Source of the DNA: a phage
Assembly: GCA_026188615.1 (NCBI GenBank)
Contig: GCA_026188615.1_4525.1
Reading direction: 5' to 3' (one strand)
DNA length: 64,000 nucleotides
Below the pieces are notes generated by a model. That model worked only from the letters and a program-made list of their open reading frames with translations. It made no database searches and was not told where the DNA came from. This document shows positions 1-9,267 of this stretch, piece after piece. The position numbers were made by a program, and so were the translations under genes. Position 1 is the stretch's first letter. Each line of letters opens with the position of its first letter.

Positions 1-38
1 AAAAAAAAAAAGGAATCCCGAAGGATTCCTTAAATTAT

Positions 39-275
39 TTAACCACTTACTGGTGTAGGGGTAAACATTGCAGCGTTCTTAGTTTTCCAGTCAGCTGCAT
101 CAGAAACTACAGTAGAATAAGCTGCCTTTTCTGATGGAAAGATTTGGTAATGAGAATCTGCAATCCGATGTTCGTTTGAATAAATCTCAAACGGCACAGA
201 AACTTCCATACCTTTAACTTCTTTACCTTCACCAGCAGGATGCGTAAAGGTTTTGATGTTTACATAACCACCCAT
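39..275 (-). CDS. soc: small outer capsid protein Soc
   Basis: 78-aa ORF; GYVNIKTF...HYQxFPSEKAAYSTV matches T4 Soc from memory; RBS AAGGAG; late promoter TATAAATA upstream. Confidence 0.85.
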   Translation of the reverse strand: MGGYVNIKTFTHPAGEGKEVKGMEVSVPFEIYSNEHRIADSHYQIFPSEKAAYSTVVSDAADWKTKNAAMFTPTPVSG

Positions 276-277
276 AA

Positions 278-616
278 TTAACTCCTTTGTTGTTTAATTA
301 CAGGTGTATTTATAATGAATTTCTTCGGGACAATAAAATATCCGAATTTAGCTAATATAACAACATCACCGTTAATTATTACCGGAGAATAATCATCTGG
401 AGTATTAAATTTCCAGTGGAGTCTAGTATTATATCCATCAGAGCCGAATGCTTTATTAGCCGGTCTCCCGGCTTTTTGCCATGCATAAAAATCAAGTTTC
501 ATTTGCAACCCAATCAACCATATGTAGATGGTCTGATAATTGACTAACATGCTGAAGCTGATTAGACAGGAGCTTACAAATAAGCTCACTGTTATCATTT
601 TTAAATAGTTGGTCAA
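278..616 (-). CDS. hypothetical protein (start uncertain, hydrophobic N-terminus)
   Basis: 112-aa ORF between soc and 56; no recognisable motif. Confidence 0.35.
   Translation of the reverse strand: MTNYLKMITVSLFVSSCLISFSMLVNYQTIYIWLIGLQMKLDFYAWQKAGRPANKAFGSDGYNTRLHWKFNTPDDYSPVIINGDVVILAKFGYFIVPKKFIINTPVIKQQRS
307..314 (-). promoter_or_regulatory. late promoter TATAAATA (gp55-dependent type) for soc
   Basis: Exact TATAAATA on minus strand ~32 nt upstream of soc ATG. Confidence 0.6.
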
Positions 617-664
617 TACGTTTCTTATGAGCTTTCTTAAGCTGACGTTTATTTAAACGAGCCA

Positions 665-1186
665 TTAATAACCTCGGTCTTGACGAGCAAAGTTTTCAGC
701 ATTCTTCAGATAATACAGTTTAAAGATTTCTTCTGCTGTAAGACCAAGACCCTGGAACATATTCAGAACGAAATGAAGAATATCAATCATCTCAAATTTA
801 ATTTCAAGCTGGTCTTCAGGAGACAGTTCATCGATACGACGATTTCGATATTCAGCATGTTGTGCTTTCCATGGCTTCCATACAGAGCTAGCGGCTTTTT
901 CACCATTGCTCATACCACCAAGTGAAGTCAACAGTTCACGGAATTCATCATCAATATAATCTTTCTGATTACGCAGCCAATCAACAACATCACCAGCAGT
1001 AGCCAATTCATCAGGATGTTTGTTATGTTCAGGCTTGTCATTTGCCAGACGAACCTGTAAAGATTTCTGCATATCAAGCATTACCTGCAGTGGGTCTTTA
1101 TCTTCATGAATCAGAGCATTAAAATAAGCTTCTTCTGCTTTATCAACACCAGAAATAAGTTGTGAACATTCATTAAAGTGTGCCAT
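665..1186 (-). CDS. 56: dCTP pyrophosphatase gp56
   Basis: MAHFNEC...DPLQVMLDMQ...ETAGDVV...DDEFRELLTSLG...LYYLKNxENFARQDRGY matches T4 gp56; start moved to internal ATG with AGGA RBS. Confidence 0.9.
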   Translation of the reverse strand: MAHFNECSQLISGVDKAEEAYFNALIHEDKDPLQVMLDMQKSLQVRLANDKPEHNKHPDELATAGDVVDWLRNQKDYIDDEFRELLTSLGGMSNGEKAASSVWKPWKAQHAEYRNRRIDELSPEDQLEIKFEMIDILHFVLNMFQGLGLTAEEIFKLYYLKNAENFARQDRGY

Positions 1187-1274
1187 TATTTTTCCTTTCA
1201 ATTCAGTATAAGAGAGTTAATTCTAACATTAATTTTATAAAGCGTAATAAATAATATGTAACTAAGGAGATATC

Positions 1275-1472
1275 ATGTTTAAACTTCCATCGTTAATCAA
1301 CGCTATTAAAGGCAATAAAAAGAAAACTGCTATCGCTGCAATAGTTGTAGGTGGCATTATTTCATGGAACTTCGGGATTGCACCATTGTTAGTTGCCCAT
1401 GGTATTATAGTTCCTTCTGTTCCATTGGATACTGTAGTTGATTTGGCCTTTGCTATTATAGGGCTTGTTTAA
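1275..1472 (+). CDS. small hydrophobic protein (65 aa), opposite strand
   Basis: Plus-strand ORF in the 56-61 gap; ATG preceded by AAGGAG at 7 nt; two predicted TM stretches; stop overlaps gene 61 stop convergently. Confidence 0.45.
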   Translation: MFKLPSLINAIKGNKKKTAIAAIVVGGIISWNFGIAPLLVAHGIIVPSVPLDTVVDLAFAIIGLV

Positions 1473-2491
1473 ATCTTCGAATAACGAGATAATCTCATTT
1501 TAGCATGCAACCCACTTGAAATATTCTGTTTCATATATTCTAAAATTTCTTGTGGTGTTGCATTTTCTTTCATTACCATATCATTCACATCCTTTGATCT
1601 CCATGGAGCTCGGTCCCAGAACATGACACGTTCGCCTGCATCAACTAATCGCTTCATGCGAGCTATAGTATCCGGATGCCTAGGTTCGTTATCCATTACC
1701 CATACCCGACGTTCTTTAAATGGTACCACATCTAAATCTATCGAGCCGCCTGTAATAGCGATTGCATTGGGTATGAATAAACTATCAATAGGGCCTTCCA
1801 TTACCCAGACGTCCCCTTCCTTAACACGTTCAACACCATAAATTTTTGTTGCAGACTCAAACGCTTTAATAGTGATATATTTCTGAGGAGCATCTTTACG
1901 AAGTGCACGTCCTTGGAATGACTCGGCCTTCCCATCTTTATTAAAAATAGGAATCACTAACCGTGGTTCGGGAATCTCTTTCTTATACGTACCAGGTTGA
2001 ATCTTGTTGACCAATTTGGGCCATTCTAATGTGAACCATAATCTGTTCCACGATTCTTTAGGAATACACCGAGACTTAACATATTTCACAATAGGATGCT
2101 CTTCAGGCAGCTTGTCAAGACGAGAACAAGACGGCAAAGAATTTATAGTCTTTTTCTCTGGTTCTGGTTTATGTTCAGGAACCTTTTCAATCTTTGGTTC
2201 CATTCTAGCTTTTTCTTTACGAACTTCCATTAGATATTCGCGATAAAGCTCTTCATCATACTCTTTTAAGTATCCGGAAATTGTATTGTGGTATTGACAA
2301 TTATAGCAATGTACATTACCAGGAGTACCGCCATAATACCAACCGCGGGCTTTCATTGCATCTGTCTGAGAGTCGCCACAAACTGGACAACGAAATGTTA
2401 ATTTAAATGTGCTTGAATTATTGATTTGTCTAAAACGAGGTAGGTGAGAAAACGCACGATAAGCAAATTCATTATCTATCCATTCAGCCAT
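1469..2491 (-). CDS. 61: DNA primase gp61
   Basis: 340 aa; N-terminal Zn ribbon CPVCGDS...CYNCQYH and T4 gp61-like length and position. Confidence 0.9.
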   Translation of the reverse strand: MAEWIDNEFAYRAFSHLPRFRQINNSSTFKLTFRCPVCGDSQTDAMKARGWYYGGTPGNVHCYNCQYHNTISGYLKEYDEELYREYLMEVRKEKARMEPKIEKVPEHKPEPEKKTINSLPSCSRLDKLPEEHPIVKYVKSRCIPKESWNRLWFTLEWPKLVNKIQPGTYKKEIPEPRLVIPIFNKDGKAESFQGRALRKDAPQKYITIKAFESATKIYGVERVKEGDVWVMEGPIDSLFIPNAIAITGGSIDLDVVPFKERRVWVMDNEPRHPDTIARMKRLVDAGERVMFWDRAPWRSKDVNDMVMKENATPQEILEYMKQNISSGLHAKMRLSRYSKI

Positions 2492-2530
2492 AGTATTCTC
2501 CAGAGGCCTTAAATTAATAAGGCCATCATA

Positions 2531-3025
2531 TCACAACTTATTAATATTTACTTTAATTCGCTTTCTTTTCTTGGAAGGAATTTGTTCGGGACCTTTATTT
2601 ACGACTGCACCTGTAGTTGTTCCTGATGCAATAGCTTGAGGACTACTGCCTGAATCACCAGCAACCATATCCTCAAATAAAGGGAGTTCTTTAAATATTT
2701 CTTTCTGTTGTTCTTCAGTAATGTTATAGCGTGAAGCTACAGCACTCCAAGCGGACATCATTGAGGCCATTCCATTAAGACCCGGAACAGTGCTCATCAT
2801 TCGCTTCATTGAACGAACTGAAGCATGAAAAGGTGTATAAGCCGCTTTCTCTTCGGGAGTAGAAGGACGTTTAAGAACACTTCCACGTTCATCGATGATT
2901 TTGGCTTCGTACGCTTTCCATTCTGTAAAAGGTTTTTGCATTAGTCGAATAAACTTATATGCATAAACTGAATCTATTGCAGTGTTAATAATACCCATAG
3001 GTACCTCCTGAGTATATTTAATCAA
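2531..3025 (-). CDS. hypothetical protein (61.1-like position)
   Basis: 164-aa ORF, synteny only. Confidence 0.5.
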   Translation of the reverse strand: MIKYTQEVPMGIINTAIDSVYAYKFIRLMQKPFTEWKAYEAKIIDERGSVLKRPSTPEEKAAYTPFHASVRSMKRMMSTVPGLNGMASMMSAWSAVASRYNITEEQQKEIFKELPLFEDMVAGDSGSSPQAIASGTTTGAVVNKGPEQIPSKKRKRIKVNINKL

Positions 3026-3215
3026 TCACAAAGATCGCTTTATCACCGTTCGCATCTGTGACTTCATATGTAGTGTCTTCGTAGTGTGGAATATTCCAAA
3101 TTACACCGTCATTAGCTTTTACACTAATATGGCATTGGTGTTTTGAAACAACTTCATAATCTTCAAAACTTGTAAAAACACTAATTTTAGAACCAGTGCA
3201 AATTGCAGTAGTCAT
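3018..3215 (-). CDS. hypothetical protein
   Basis: 65-aa ORF, tight spacing to neighbours. Confidence 0.4.
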   Translation of the reverse strand: MTTAICTGSKISVFTSFEDYEVVSKHQCHISVKANDGVIWNIPHYEDTTYEVTDANGDKAIFVID

Positions 3216-3216
3216 T

Positions 3217-3876
3217 TTAACCTCGATTCATAAATGCATTAAATATTTGGTCATCAACAGAAATTTCTAATTCAACTTCAATTGCTTCAGCCTTTTCTTC
3301 AGGTGGTAATTCATATCCACACACTACAATTTTTTCATCGATATCAAAATATACAGAAGCAATACGATTAATGTTACTTTCAGTTAAGTCTAAATCAACA
3401 TCAACATCTTTTTGACCTACACTTAAAGGATAACTAATACGGGTTATTTTATTATCTTTAACAAAGAGACCACCAACATACTCTGTACTACGTTTGAAGT
3501 TTACACGTTTCCGAATTGAAAGATATGATGCATCTTTACCATGAGCTCGGCTCATAGGACATAATGAATAGCTAGAATAAGAGATGTCAAATCCTACACC
3601 TTCAATATGAGCCAACGTGTCATGATTAAACCAATTATAATCATATGCCAAATCCATTATATTGTAATATGTGAAAGGCACAGGATTAACATCATATGTT
3701 GTACCTTTAAAATCTGCCCAGGCAACGATTTCGTTATCTTTAACAATTACAAAAATTACACCAATATGGTATCCGTTATTATTTTCATTCGGCGTTATAT
3801 TATAACATTGTGCATTAGGAAATTTACCATATTTAAATGGCGCATTTTTGTGCATATAATAAATCATATTATTCAC
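3217..3876 (-). CDS. hypothetical protein (61.2-like position)
   Basis: 219-aa ORF; no motif recognised. Confidence 0.5.
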   Translation of the reverse strand: MNNMIYYMHKNAPFKYGKFPNAQCYNITPNENNNGYHIGVIFVIVKDNEIVAWADFKGTTYDVNPVPFTYYNIMDLAYDYNWFNHDTLAHIEGVGFDISYSSYSLCPMSRAHGKDASYLSIRKRVNFKRSTEYVGGLFVKDNKITRISYPLSVGQKDVDVDLDLTESNINRIASVYFDIDEKIVVCGYELPPEEKAEAIEVELEISVDDQIFNAFMNRG

Positions 3877-4162
3877 CTGTGATTTCGGTTACGATATCTT
3901 TGTTATCGAAATTAGGGTCACAATACAAAACATAGTTGTACTGCATGATACCGCCAGACTTAAGTTGTTCAACAACTTTATTAACCATATTAGGACGGTC
4001 TCGTTTAGTGATGTTCATGATATCAGAGAAGATTTGTTGTTCAACATCTTCTTGATTTGCAGTCATTGACCACTCACAGAGGTCTTTATCATAACCTGCC
4101 GTAACTGGAGCCGGTGCACATGATACTGCAAGTAAGATTGCTGCCAATGATAACTTTTTCAT
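3869..4162 (-). CDS. sp: spackle periplasmic protein Sp (61.3)
   Basis: 97 aa; signal peptide then GYDKDLCEWSMTA...KSGGxMQYNYVLYCD matches T4 Sp; RBS AAGGAG. Confidence 0.9.
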   Translation of the reverse strand: MKKLSLAAILLAVSCAPAPVTAGYDKDLCEWSMTANQEDVEQQIFSDIMNITKRDRPNMVNKVVEQLKSGGIMQYNYVLYCDPNFDNKDIVTEITGE

Positions 4163-4191
4163 TTTAACTCCTTAGTTGATTTGATAGGACT

Positions 4192-4221
4192 ACTATACTA
4201 TAGTCCATCTATAATGTAAAC
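4192..4221 (-). promoter_or_regulatory. T4-early-type promoter (GTTTAC -35, TATAGT -10)
   Basis: GTTTAC-N18-TATAGT upstream of sp; dyad symmetry flanks -10. Confidence 0.6.
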
Positions 4222-4225
4222 AAGT

Positions 4226-4474
4226 TTATTCTTTTTCGCGAATAATAATTACTTGTTGAGGCTGCTGAGCAGATTTCTTTTCGGCAACGATAGACCAAAT
4301 TAAAGTTCCAATCCAACCAATCATCGTCCAGTTAAAGAGTAAAGATACAAAGAAGATTGCTGTTGTGCTTTTTGTGCCACGAATAAGTGCGATTACCCAA
4401 GGCAACATGTAAATGATGATTGAACCAATACCTGCGATTAAAACTGCTACTGAACTAGCTACGAATAATTCCAT
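4226..4474 (-). CDS. small membrane protein
   Basis: 82-aa ORF, two hydrophobic helices, RBS AGAGGA; early promoter upstream. Confidence 0.55.
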   Translation of the reverse strand: MELFVASSVAVLIAGIGSIIIYMLPWVIALIRGTKSTTAIFFVSLLFNWTMIGWIGTLIWSIVAEKKSAQQPQQVIIIREKE

Positions 4475-4502
4475 GTTAATTTCCTCTTGATTTGTTATGT
4501 TT

Positions 4503-4532
4503 ATAATATCTTGTTTTAACTTTGGTGTAAAC
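4503..4532 (-). promoter_or_regulatory. early-type promoter
   Basis: GTTTAC-N18-TATTAT upstream of ORF 4226..4474. Confidence 0.5.
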
Positions 4533-4535
4533 CAA

Positions 4536-4904
4536 TTAATTAAATTTGTTTAAACGTTCAATACACTGGACGTAGTTATTCGCTATTTGTTTCTGGGTAG
4601 GCTCTTTACCAGTTGTTTCAACATAGCGAATGAATGCGATTTCAGTAGCCTGTAAGCAATGTTCTTTAACGCGTTGTTCTTTTGACAATGCTACAGTATC
4701 AGAGTCACGATAACGTTGAGCATGGGCATCAGCTTGAATCATTCGATTACCTACAGTAACCGGGTCTTCCACTTCAACTTTAGGTTGTTCATATTGTTTA
4801 ACATTCGGATTGTAAATCAGTTGGCCAACGTTATTAGGGATAAAGCCATGGGCACCACATCCGGTTAATCCGAATACCATTGCTAAAGCGATTAATTTTT
4901 TCAT
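4536..4904 (-). CDS. putative lipoprotein
   Basis: Internal start MKKLIALAMVFGLTGC (lipobox) with GAGGA RBS; track ORF 4536..4964 extends upstream. Confidence 0.55.
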   Translation of the reverse strand: MKKLIALAMVFGLTGCGAHGFIPNNVGQLIYNPNVKQYEQPKVEVEDPVTVGNRMIQADAHAQRYRDSDTVALSKEQRVKEHCLQATEIAFIRYVETTGKEPTQKQIANNYVQCIERLNKFN

Positions 4905-4964
4905 TTCAATTTCCTCTGTAGTTGATAGAAAGATAGTAACACAGTATGTGGTGCTTGTAAACAA

Positions 4965-5177
4965 CTATTTTAAACTTTTGCGAAATTTGCGTTTTTCTTG
5001 ACGAATCTGTCGTTTAGTCGGACGTACAGCAAATTTAACGAAGTCCACTTTACCGTGTGGAAACTTTTCAGATGCTTCACAGTCCATCATTAGTTCCCAT
5101 CCTTCCAGAATAAGAGCTTTCCATTGTGTAGTTGATGCAAATTCGTATGTTGATGGTTTAAACACAGTTGAATACAT
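4965..5177 (-). CDS. hypothetical small basic protein (C-terminal VRPTKRQ motif)
   Basis: Start moved to internal Met so that it abuts the dmd stop; paralog of 33408..33578. Confidence 0.45.
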   Translation of the reverse strand: MYSTVFKPSTYEFASTTQWKALILEGWELMMDCEASEKFPHGKVDFVKFAVRPTKRQIRQEKRKFRKSLK

Positions 5178-5178
5178 A

Positions 5179-5373
5179 TTATCCTCTGAAATCAGCTTCG
5201 AAAACTTTCTCGTCATTAACAAATGCTTTAACTAATGCTTTATTAATTTCAGCAAACTGCATGGTAGCCCACATGATATGCTCTTTGTCTGTTATATCCA
5301 TGCGGATTTCTTTGGTAAACATACTACCATTTTCAAACCAACCAATAAAAACTACTTTAGCAAACTCTTCCAT
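5179..5373 (-). CDS. dmd: antitoxin Dmd (61.5)
   Basis: 64 aa; KVVFxGWFxNxSMFTKEI...WATxQxAEINKALVKAF matches T4 Dmd. Confidence 0.85.
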   Translation of the reverse strand: MEEFAKVVFIGWFENGSMFTKEIRMDITDKEHIMWATMQFAEINKALVKAFVNDEKVFEADFRG

Positions 5374-5691
5374 TTAGATTTCCTCACAGAACGCCCATTC
5401 AGCATGATAAACTGTAGCGCCTTTAGTATCATTCATTTGAACTACATCTACCGGAGAAATTACTCGATAGAGTCGTGGTTCACCTCCATAAGAGCGTGCA
5501 GCTCGTCCTGCATAAATCTTTGCTAAACCGATATCTTCAGTAAAGAATACACGATCCAAGTTTTTCTTACGTCCAGTTTCAGACAGAACTCCTGTTTCCT
5601 CAGGAGGACAAAGCATGTTTTCGATGTTAGCTGAACTACTTGAACCGTGATAAAAAATCTTAAATTCTGCTTTACAATCGATGGTTTTCAT
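5374..5691 (-). CDS. hypothetical protein
   Basis: 105-aa ORF with RBS. Confidence 0.5.
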   Translation of the reverse strand: MKTIDCKAEFKIFYHGSSSSANIENMLCPPEETGVLSETGRKKNLDRVFFTEDIGLAKIYAGRAARSYGGEPRLYRVISPVDVVQMNDTKGATVYHAEWAFCEEI

Positions 5692-5717
5692 TTTGTTCTC
5701 CAGTAGTTGATAGGTCT

Positions 5718-5746
5718 ATAATAACACAACTACTGGAGAAGTAAAC
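5718..5746 (-). promoter_or_regulatory. early-type promoter
   Basis: GTTTAC-N17-TATTAT upstream of ORF 5374..5691. Confidence 0.55.
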
Positions 5747-6121
5747 TTAAAAACGTAATTTAGATATATCTGCGTTGATTTCGTTTTGGTTCGCGTCATA
5801 TGCAATTAAACGAACCGCTTTAGACGGGTCATTCAATGCATAGAAATGATGGAACATTGCTCGAACGATATCACCATTTACGAGTTCTACCTGGATAGGA
5901 GAACCTTTTTCGAGTTGGAAATGTTCATAAGCTTTGATGGTTCGTAGATAATCAAGTTTTTGATTTCCAGCTCCAACTATTTGTACGATACGTTTGCCCA
6001 TGTTTTCCATACGAGATACAATAGTTTTAGGAGCAAGAATAACGTAGGTTGCCAGCGGAGAAACTACTTCAACAGTTGTGTTTTCGGTGATTGCAGTAAA
6101 AATTGCTTGAGACATATTCAT
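5747..6121 (-). CDS. hypothetical protein
   Basis: 124-aa ORF, RBS AGAGGA, early promoter and terminator upstream. Confidence 0.55.
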   Translation of the reverse strand: MNMSQAIFTAITENTTVEVVSPLATYVILAPKTIVSRMENMGKRIVQIVGAGNQKLDYLRTIKAYEHFQLEKGSPIQVELVNGDIVRAMFHHFYALNDPSKAVRLIAYDANQNEINADISKLRF

Positions 6122-6150
6122 AATGTTTTCCTCTTGGTTGGTGTAAGTAC

Positions 6151-6180
6151 ATCATATCATGCCTAGAGGAAGATGTAAAC
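6151..6180 (-). promoter_or_regulatory. early-type promoter
   Basis: GTTTAC-N18-TATGAT upstream of ORF 5747..6121. Confidence 0.5.
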
Positions 6181-6183
6181 CCC

Positions 6184-6209
6184 AAAAGGAGACCGAAGTC
6201 TCCTTTTTT
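6184..6209 (-). terminator. rho-independent terminator hairpin (bidirectional)
   Basis: GGAGAC-CGAA-GTCTCC flanked by A4 and T6, just after gene 41 stop. Confidence 0.7.
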
Positions 6210-6210
6210 A

Positions 6211-7653
6211 TTAAAATTTTAACTCATTGGCTAAGCTATCTAGGTCAGCACGTGTTGCTTTGGCTTTACCTACGCGTTCCGTACGATTCACCTCTGCCTG
6301 ACGCATCTGAGCACCTGCGTTTTCATTTACTGTGTTAGGTGTGTTCATGCCTTCTTGCTCGATCTCAATCCATTTCTGGTTGCCTTTACGTACACCCATC
6401 AGGAATTTATTCCACTTATTCTTATCGCCGTATCGTGATTTGATTTGTTTGATAAGTTGTTGTTCAGCTTGTGCAAGTTCTTCGGTTTCAATTACGGCCA
6501 ACATGAAATCTGCCGTTGCTGGTAAACCTGCTGATTCTGCAATATCACTCATGTTCATATCCGAAGCATCCCATGCTGCACGCCCTACTTGAGCTGCAGT
6601 CCATAGAACTGTTTCAGATTCTACTGCTAATGCACGAAGTTCTTCTGCGATAGCTTTAACTAATGTGTAGCTATTTTCAGTGTAAACTCTGATACGACAA
6701 GACCCACAAATACCTAAGTAATCAACCATGATTACAGATGGCACAAAGTTCTTCTTGAGTTTCAATTCATTAAGCAATGCACGGAATGTATTAGCATTAG
6801 CTCCGCCAGTAGGATACTGTTTAACTACTAAACGTCCTAATGTGGATTTTGAACGCCATTTTTCCATCTTGGCTTTATATTCGGCATAAGATACGTTACC
6901 ATCATCGATATCATCAAGTGATACGTCAAGCATGTTTGCATCTATACGCTTAGCACAAACTTCTTCAGCCATTTCCATAGAAATATAAAGAACGTTATGG
7001 CCTGTTTGAAGATAATCTGCAGCAAGTGAACAAAGGCCTAAAGATTTACCGACGTTAACACCAGCCATTAAAACGTTTAGTGTACCTGTTTCTGCACCGC
7101 CTTTAGTGATTTTATTCAAAATGTTTAATTTGAACGGGACCTTACGTGCTTTATTTAGATAAGAAAGCCAGCGTGCTTCGTAGTCTTCCATCCAGTCATG
7201 TCCAACATAACTATCAAACGAAATTGAAAGTGCTTGACGCATAATATCAGGAATAGCTCCTACATCAGGCATTTTCTTGTTACGTTGTTCTGGAGGTAGT
7301 TCAGCATTAGACTGAATCTCAATGATTTTGGATGTAGCATTATACATCGCTTTTTGCTGGACATATTTCTCAGTTTCTTTAACCAACCATTCGTGGTCTT
7401 CAGGAGTATCAGCCAATTTTTCAATTAGGTCTGAAGTTCCTTTATATTCGGCTTCAGTTAAAGAACTGTTATCTAAAGCCACCTTTAATGCATTGATAGA
7501 TGGCATTGCATTATATTCGTTAACGTGGCTCTTTATAATTTTAAAGACATTTTTTGCCGGTCCACGCTCAAAATACTCAGAATCCATATAAGGCCAGACC
7601 TTAGAAAAATAAGCCTGGTCATATACTAGATGAGACAAAATAATTTCTACCAC
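6211..7653 (-). CDS. 41: replicative DNA helicase gp41 (DnaB family)
   Basis: 480 aa; MVEIILSHL..., Walker A GVNVGKS; start codon appears to be GTG. Confidence 0.93.
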   Translation of the reverse strand: MVEIILSHLVYDQAYFSKVWPYMDSEYFERGPAKNVFKIIKSHVNEYNAMPSINALKVALDNSSLTEAEYKGTSDLIEKLADTPEDHEWLVKETEKYVQQKAMYNATSKIIEIQSNAELPPEQRNKKMPDVGAIPDIMRQALSISFDSYVGHDWMEDYEARWLSYLNKARKVPFKLNILNKITKGGAETGTLNVLMAGVNVGKSLGLCSLAADYLQTGHNVLYISMEMAEEVCAKRIDANMLDVSLDDIDDGNVSYAEYKAKMEKWRSKSTLGRLVVKQYPTGGANANTFRALLNELKLKKNFVPSVIMVDYLGICGSCRIRVYTENSYTLVKAIAEELRALAVESETVLWTAAQVGRAAWDASDMNMSDIAESAGLPATADFMLAVIETEELAQAEQQLIKQIKSRYGDKNKWNKFLMGVRKGNQKWIEIEQEGMNTPNTVNENAGAQMRQAEVNRTERVGKAKATRADLDSLANELKF

Positions 7654-7662
7654 GATAACTCC

Positions 7663-8004
7663 TTAAAAGAATTTAAATTTTTTCTTGGTCCGTTCATTAA
7701 AAGCTTGTTGTACTTGCATTGTAATACATTTTTCAACATGTGGTGCAAGTTCTGCTTTTCTGTCCTGGTCAAGAACTGCAAAGTCCATTACGATTTTACC
7801 ATCAACCCAGTCTAGTTTTGTAATATAGACTATATGATGAGAACCATCTTCAAGCGTAATCAGAATCTCTTGAATGACATTTTCCATTGCTGAACGGATA
7901 ATTTTAAGAGATTCATTAAACACTCGTTCTTTGCGAATGTCTTCCCCTTCCGAAGAAGGGGATTCATCAACGATTTCTAGATTTAAATCATCGAGATTAT
8001 TCAT
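7663..8004 (-). CDS. 40: gp40-like protein (head vertex assembly chaperone position)
   Basis: Internal ATG MNNLDDLNLEIVDESPSSEGE immediately after uvsX stop; ~114 aa as T4 gp40; synteny. Confidence 0.6.
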   Translation of the reverse strand: MNNLDDLNLEIVDESPSSEGEDIRKERVFNESLKIIRSAMENVIQEILITLEDGSHHIVYITKLDWVDGKIVMDFAVLDQDRKAELAPHVEKCITMQVQQAFNERTKKKFKFF

Positions 8005-9169
8005 CGAAATCTTCCATTTCGTCAAGGTCGTTTTCAATATCTGCTGCAGACGGAGCATCAGAAGCTTTAACAGGAACTTTAGTTGTTGCTTTGCAATTAA
8101 TAAGGTCGTTAACAGCGTCATCAACTTCTTTAATAGAAGAGATAGCACCTAGTTTATATTTAGTTTCAATTGCATCTCGGAAAGGTTTGTGTTTAAACAA
8201 CGGTCCCCAGAATTCTACACAATCAGTAGCTTTAGCACGCCACGATTTCTCTTCACGAATCATTTCGCCTGTTTCTTCGTCAAGGAATTCACGAGCATAC
8301 CAACCAGCTTTAGGCTTAACTACAAAACCAATTTCAGTTGCCATTTCTAGCAAGCCGCTGAATGGGTCGATACCACCATCAAAATTAACCGTGATTGGGA
8401 AAGTAGATTTTTCTTTAACGGTGCGAGATTTTTCTGCTTTCAATGTGAAGTCATAACCGGTCAATTCTGTACCTTCTTTAACCTGACGTTTAGAGATAAA
8501 GAATACAGTGTTAGCAGAGTAAAGAATACCTGTACCACCACCCATAATCTCTTTAGGATACAATCCGCCAATTTCCATTGCGGTATGGTTAATTGCAACA
8601 CACGGAATATCTTTAATAGTCAGATAAGGAGTCACAATGCGGAACAGAGATTTAAGTGCCTTAGCACGAGACATATCACCTACAACTTTCTCGTTCAACG
8701 CATCTTCGGTTTCTTTCTTAGATGCAGTATTACCGATTGAATCGATAAAGATAATAACTTTATCACCGCGTTCAATAGCGTCAAGCTGATTAGTCATATC
8801 AACTTTAAGTTGTTCGACAGATTGAATCGGAGTATGAACTACTCGGTCTAAATCAACACCCATTGATCGAAAATAAGATTCTGAAGCACCAAATTCAGAA
8901 TCATAGAACAAACAAATTGCATCTTTATATTTCTTCATATATGCTGCAACCATAGTCAGCCCAAACAACGTTTTAAAGTGTTTAGAAGGAGCAGCAAAAA
9001 TAGTCAAGCCTGATTGCAATCCTGCATTCAGAGCACCACCTAGTGCAATATTCAACATCGGAATACGAGTAGGGACTTCATCACGATTATTAAACAGCTT
9101 AGACTTAGTCAAGTCTGCAGTCATTTTAGAAGTAGAAGCTTTAATCAGACGAGATTTTAAATCAGACAT
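7997..9169 (-). CDS. uvsX: recombinase UvsX (RecA-like)
   Basis: 390 aa; MSDLKSRLIKASTSK...GWYAREFLDEETGEMIREEKSWRAK matches T4 UvsX. Confidence 0.95.
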   Translation of the reverse strand: MSDLKSRLIKASTSKMTADLTKSKLFNNRDEVPTRIPMLNIALGGALNAGLQSGLTIFAAPSKHFKTLFGLTMVAAYMKKYKDAICLFYDSEFGASESYFRSMGVDLDRVVHTPIQSVEQLKVDMTNQLDAIERGDKVIIFIDSIGNTASKKETEDALNEKVVGDMSRAKALKSLFRIVTPYLTIKDIPCVAINHTAMEIGGLYPKEIMGGGTGILYSANTVFFISKRQVKEGTELTGYDFTLKAEKSRTVKEKSTFPITVNFDGGIDPFSGLLEMATEIGFVVKPKAGWYAREFLDEETGEMIREEKSWRAKATDCVEFWGPLFKHKPFRDAIETKYKLGAISSIKEVDDAVNDLINCKATTKVPVKASDAPSAADIENDLDEMEDFDE

Positions 9170-9222
9170 TGTATTTTTCCATAGGCATCATTATATTTTA
9201 CTCATGTTTAAAAGATAAGATG

Positions 9223-9247
9223 ATTATATACTAAGGGTTATACAGCA
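9223..9247 (-). promoter_or_regulatory. middle-promoter-like element (imperfect MotA box TGCTGTA + TATAAT)
   Basis: Box 12 nt upstream of TATAAT, ~50 nt before uvsX ATG. Confidence 0.35.
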
Positions 9248-9267
9248 TTTAAAACTTTAAATGGCTC

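Noticed and set aside
680-925. Plus-strand 81-aa ORF inside gene 56
   Set aside because: Antisense to a well-supported minus-strand gene, no RBS, low-complexity translation; same reasoning applies to the other plus-strand track ORFs embedded in minus-strand genes (e.g. 1623..1841, 2004..2246, 6332..6592, 7322..7591, 15994..16245, 17250..17690, 23195..23683, 41369..41704, 56358..56876)
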